From: Methylacidimicrobium fagopyrum
Lineage (GTDB): Bacteria > Verrucomicrobiota > Verrucomicrobiia > Limisphaerales > UBA11358
NCBI GenBank assembly: GCA_026225255.1
Contig: JAMFSJ010000061.1
Span: 798-64,797 of the forward strand
Direction: 5' to 3'
Length of the DNA: 64,000 nt
The notes beneath the pieces are model-generated. The model saw only the letters and a program-made list of their open reading frames with translations. It made no database searches and was not told the DNA's origin. Made by a program: the position numbers and the translations under genes. Positions 61,090 through 64,000 of this stretch are shown one piece after another (position 1 is the stretch's first letter; each line of letters opens with the position of its first letter).

Positions 61090-61271
61090 GAATTGCCGAT
61101 TGGCGATTGGCGATTGATGATTGCCGACCAGTCGACAGAAAGTCGCGAACGTTGTGGTGCGTCTAATTTGCCCGATTCGAAACTCACGGATGAGACGTCC
61201 GTGCCGCTACGCCTGCGGCGTCCGAACAAAAATTCGGCAATCGCCAATCGCCAATCGGCAATCGGCAATTT
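61090..61271. repeat. 182-bp fold-back element, direct-repeat copy 2
   Basis: Colinear with 60502-60683, e.g. GCCTGCGGCGTCCGAACAAAAATTC is shared. Confidence 0.9.
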
Positions 61272-61277
61272 TTTACG

Positions 61278-62972
61278 ATGACATTCGAGAATCAAAATTT
61301 ACTATGGCTCTTGCTGGTGGTTCCGCCGCTGCTCGTGGTTTTTTTCTGGTGGGCATTGCGGACGCGGGAGCGATTGTTGACGAAATTTATCGAGGCGCGT
61401 TTATTGACGCAGTTAGTTGTGGGCGTTTCGATTGCGCGGCAGAAAATGCGTTTTGCGCTCGTGATTTTAGCCGTGATCGTATTGATCTTCACGCTCGCGC
61501 GGCCGCAGCACGGATTCGATTTACAGGAAGTTGGGCAGCGCGGCTTGGACATCATGGTCGCGGTGGATACTTCCAAATCCATGCTCACAACGGACATTGC
61601 GCCGAACCGTTTGGAACGCGCCAAACTCGCGGCGTTGGAATTGATGCAGCGCTCCAAGACGGATCGCATGGGCTTGATCGCGTTTGCTGGCAATGCGTTT
61701 CTAGAATGTCCGCTGACGATTGATAACACCGTCTTTGAACAAAGCGTGCAGGCGTTGAATGTGAATTCCATTCCGGAAGGTGGCACGGCAATCGCCGCCG
61801 CGATTAGCACGGCGGACAATGCGTTTAAGGAAAATGAACATCACAAAGTGCTTGTGCTGTTCACCGACGGCGAGGATAACGACAGCGAGACCGGCGCGCT
61901 CGAAGCCGCGCAAGCCGCCGCCAAAGACGGCTTGAAAATTTTCACAATCGGCATCGGCACGGCGGCGGGCGATTTGATCCACATCACGGACGCGGACGGC
62001 AACGCCAATTACGTCCGCGACGAAAATGGCAACGTGGTGAAATCGCATTTGAATGAAGCGTTGCTCAAACAAATCGCCGAGGCGACGGGCGGATTTTATC
62101 TGCCGTTGCGCGGCGCGGATGTCATTGATGCGTTGTATGAACGCGGCCTCGCGCCGTTGCCGCAATCGGACAACAAAGAAAAATTACTGCGCCGTTATCA
62201 CGAACAATTTCAATGGTGGCTCGCGGTGGCGATGCTGCTGCTGCTCGCAGAAATGTTTTTGCCGGAACGCAAACGCGAGCGCAAATCCGGCGGCGCAGTT
62301 TCAGCGACAGCGAAAGCTGTGGTGTTGATACTGGTGTTGGGCGCGTTGCCAAATTTCGCTTCCGCATCGCCGGCGAGCGCATGGCACGATTTCAACACGG
62401 GCAACTACACCAACGCGTTGACGGAATACGAACGCCTTGCGGAAATAAACACGAACGATTTGCGCCTGGTTTTCAACGCCGGGACCGCGGCGTATCGTGG
62501 GACTAATTTTGACTTGGCATTGCAGGATTTTCAGTTTGTGACGTTGTCACCGGATTTAAAATTGCAGCAATCGGCTTATTATAATCTTGGCAACACGCAA
62601 TATCGTATGGGCGAGCTGAAGTTCGAGCCGGACACGGACAGTCTCGACGCGATGGAAACCACGTGGAAAGAGGCCCTCACAAGTTTTCAACGCGCGGCGG
62701 AATTGAACACGAACGACGTAAATGCGGTTTACAATTTTGGCTTTGTGAAAAAGCAGATTGCATTGATCGCGTATCTGCGCGAAACGATGCGCAAGGCAAA
62801 ATCATCGGCGGACGAGGCGGTGCGACGGAATGAATTTCATGAAGCGTTAGCCATCATGGAAAGTCTGGCGCAAAATAAAATTGCCGCGAAAAAATTTCAA
62901 GATTACGTCAAAAAACTAAAGGACATCGATGCGATTCTCACTCCGCAACCACCTCCAACGACTCAGCCTTAG
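61278..62972 (+). CDS. batB: BatB-like VWA + TPR protein
   Basis: DTSKSM, PNRLERAK, FTDGED, YYNLGNTQY. Confidence 0.88.
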   Translation: MTFENQNLLWLLLVVPPLLVVFFWWALRTRERLLTKFIEARLLTQLVVGVSIARQKMRFALVILAVIVLIFTLARPQHGFDLQEVGQRGLDIMVAVDTSKSMLTTDIAPNRLERAKLAALELMQRSKTDRMGLIAFAGNAFLECPLTIDNTVFEQSVQALNVNSIPEGGTAIAAAISTADNAFKENEHHKVLVLFTDGEDNDSETGALEAAQAAAKDGLKIFTIGIGTAAGDLIHITDADGNANYVRDENGNVVKSHLNEALLKQIAEATGGFYLPLRGADVIDALYERGLAPLPQSDNKEKLLRRYHEQFQWWLAVAMLLLLAEMFLPERKRERKSGGAVSATAKAVVLILVLGALPNFASASPASAWHDFNTGNYTNALTEYERLAEINTNDLRLVFNAGTAAYRGTNFDLALQDFQFVTLSPDLKLQQSAYYNLGNTQYRMGELKFEPDTDSLDAMETTWKEALTSFQRAAELNTNDVNAVYNFGFVKKQIALIAYLRETMRKAKSSADEAVRRNEFHEALAIMESLAQNKIAAKKFQDYVKKLKDIDAILTPQPPPTTQP

Positions 62973-63528
62973 CGCGTCATTGCTGCTGTCAGCCTTGGCC
63001 GCGCACGCGCAGCTTTTGCCCGCCGAAGATTTTTTCAATCGCGGCGCGCAATCTTATATTTCCAACAATATCCCGGACGCACTGTCGCAGGTGGAGTTGG
63101 GTTTGAAAACGTATCCCGATGACGTGAATCTCAAAAAGCTGGACGAGTTGTTGAAGCAAAAACAACAACAACAGCAGAAGCAGCAGAACCAAGATCAAAA
63201 AGATCAGTCGCAGTCGCAAAAGGATCAGTCGCAGCAAAAGCAGGCTCAGAAAAAATCGGACGACCAAAAAAAGCCGGACGACGAGAAGAAAGATCAGTCG
63301 GGACAAAAACCGGAAGATCAAAAGAAAGATGGCGATAAACCGCAGCCGGAAAAGCCGGATGACAAAAAAGGCGATCAAGCTGGCGAAGCCCAAGCCGCCA
63401 AGGCCGGTCAAATGAAGCCGGATGAAGCGAAACGTTTGTTGGATGCGCAAAAAAGCAACGAACAGGTTTTGCAAATGAAACCGGAAGCCAAGCCGCAAGA
63501 TGCGTTGCATCCGATTAAAGATTGGTGA
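62929..63528 (+). CDS. BatC-tail-like exported protein
   Basis: Signal peptide, Q/K/D low-complexity region, M.PDEAKRLLDA...KDW. Confidence 0.75.
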   Translation: MRFSLRNHLQRLSLSASLLLSALAAHAQLLPAEDFFNRGAQSYISNNIPDALSQVELGLKTYPDDVNLKKLDELLKQKQQQQQKQQNQDQKDQSQSQKDQSQQKQAQKKSDDQKKPDDEKKDQSGQKPEDQKKDGDKPQPEKPDDKKGDQAGEAQAAKAGQMKPDEAKRLLDAQKSNEQVLQMKPEAKPQDALHPIKDW

Positions 63529-63597
63529 CCGAGAACGCTTCGCGGTTTCCTGCAAAGCTAAATTGAAATCAGCGCGGCGGTTTGTTAATTTTTCTAT

Positions 63598-64000
63598 ATG
63601 GGACGTCAATGGTTACATGCAAAGCGTTTGGTCGCCGGCCTCAAAAAAGGGCGGACGACTGGTAAACTCGTTCGCGAAATTTCCGTCGCCGCTAAAATGG
63701 GCGGCGCCGATCCGGCCATGAACGCGCGGTTGTTCGCGGCCGTTGAAAAAGCGAAAAAAGACAGCGTTACGAAGGACGCCATCACGCGGGCCATCAACAA
63801 GGGCGCGGGTATCGGCGATGAAAAACTCGTGATGGATCAGGTCGTTTACGAAGGCCGCGCGCCGCATAACGTGCCGGTCATCGTGGAAGTTTACACCGAC
63901 AACGTGAACCGCACCGCACCGGAAATCCGCGTGCTTTTCAAAAAAGGTCAGCTCGCCACTGCGGGCAGTAATAAATTTTTATTCGATCACGTTGGCCTCG
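63598..64000 (+). CDS. YebC/PmpR family protein (runs off the window)
   Basis: MGRQW...KLVREISVAAKMGGADP..NARL...YEG...TDNVNRT. Confidence 0.9.
   Translation, partial: MGRQWLHAKRLVAGLKKGRTTGKLVREISVAAKMGGADPAMNARLFAAVEKAKKDSVTKDAITRAINKGAGIGDEKLVMDQVVYEGRAPHNVPVIVEVYTDNVNRTAPEIRVLFKKGQLATAGSNKFLFDHVGL

Noticed and set aside
60502-61271. CRISPR array or DGR (Avd-like gene with repeats)
   Set aside because: Only two long repeats, with no spacers, no cas genes and no reverse transcriptase. Differences between the copies are not adenine-specific.
63150-63380. Q/K/D-rich repeat as a novel element
   Set aside because: Ordinary low-complexity linker of BatC-like proteins.

Overview
Bacterial chromosome window, probably Verrucomicrobiota of the Pedosphaera/Limisphaerales type (inferred from the tmRNA tag ANEELALAA, PEP-CTERM and prepilin H-X9-DG genes, and secreted proteins ending in FYR-type motifs). 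1-8.8 kb: decayed island at the 3' end of tRNA-Val(CAC) with fragments of a serine recombinase, a DNA ligase, hsdR and hsdM, plus an intact GNAT-PIN-(EVE/PUA-like) and ASCH gene pair. 8.8-12.7 kb: tRNA-Val, tmRNA, tal and tRNA-His. 12.7-30.5 kb: galactoside-utilisation locus (GH30-like, XylR, MFS, GH110-like, GH27, GH2, pilin-like and secreted proteins) bounded by tRNA-His on the left and IS3 and relaxase relics on the right, with a duplicated operator. 30.6-54.5 kb: mostly core genes, including two tandem ECF sigma/membrane-domain fusions with matching promoters, lon, hsp20, guaA and batD/E. 54.8-63.5 kb: moxR-DUF58-bat operon carrying insertions. The DUF58 5' end occurs three times, separating KilA-N and toxin-antitoxin cargo, and a four-helix-bundle gene lies between two 182-bp fold-back repeats. 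Both antisense inserts keep a sense-strand ORF that ends exactly on the next gene's ATG. This insertion array is the best candidate for an undescribed system. All family calls come from motif recognition, not database searches.
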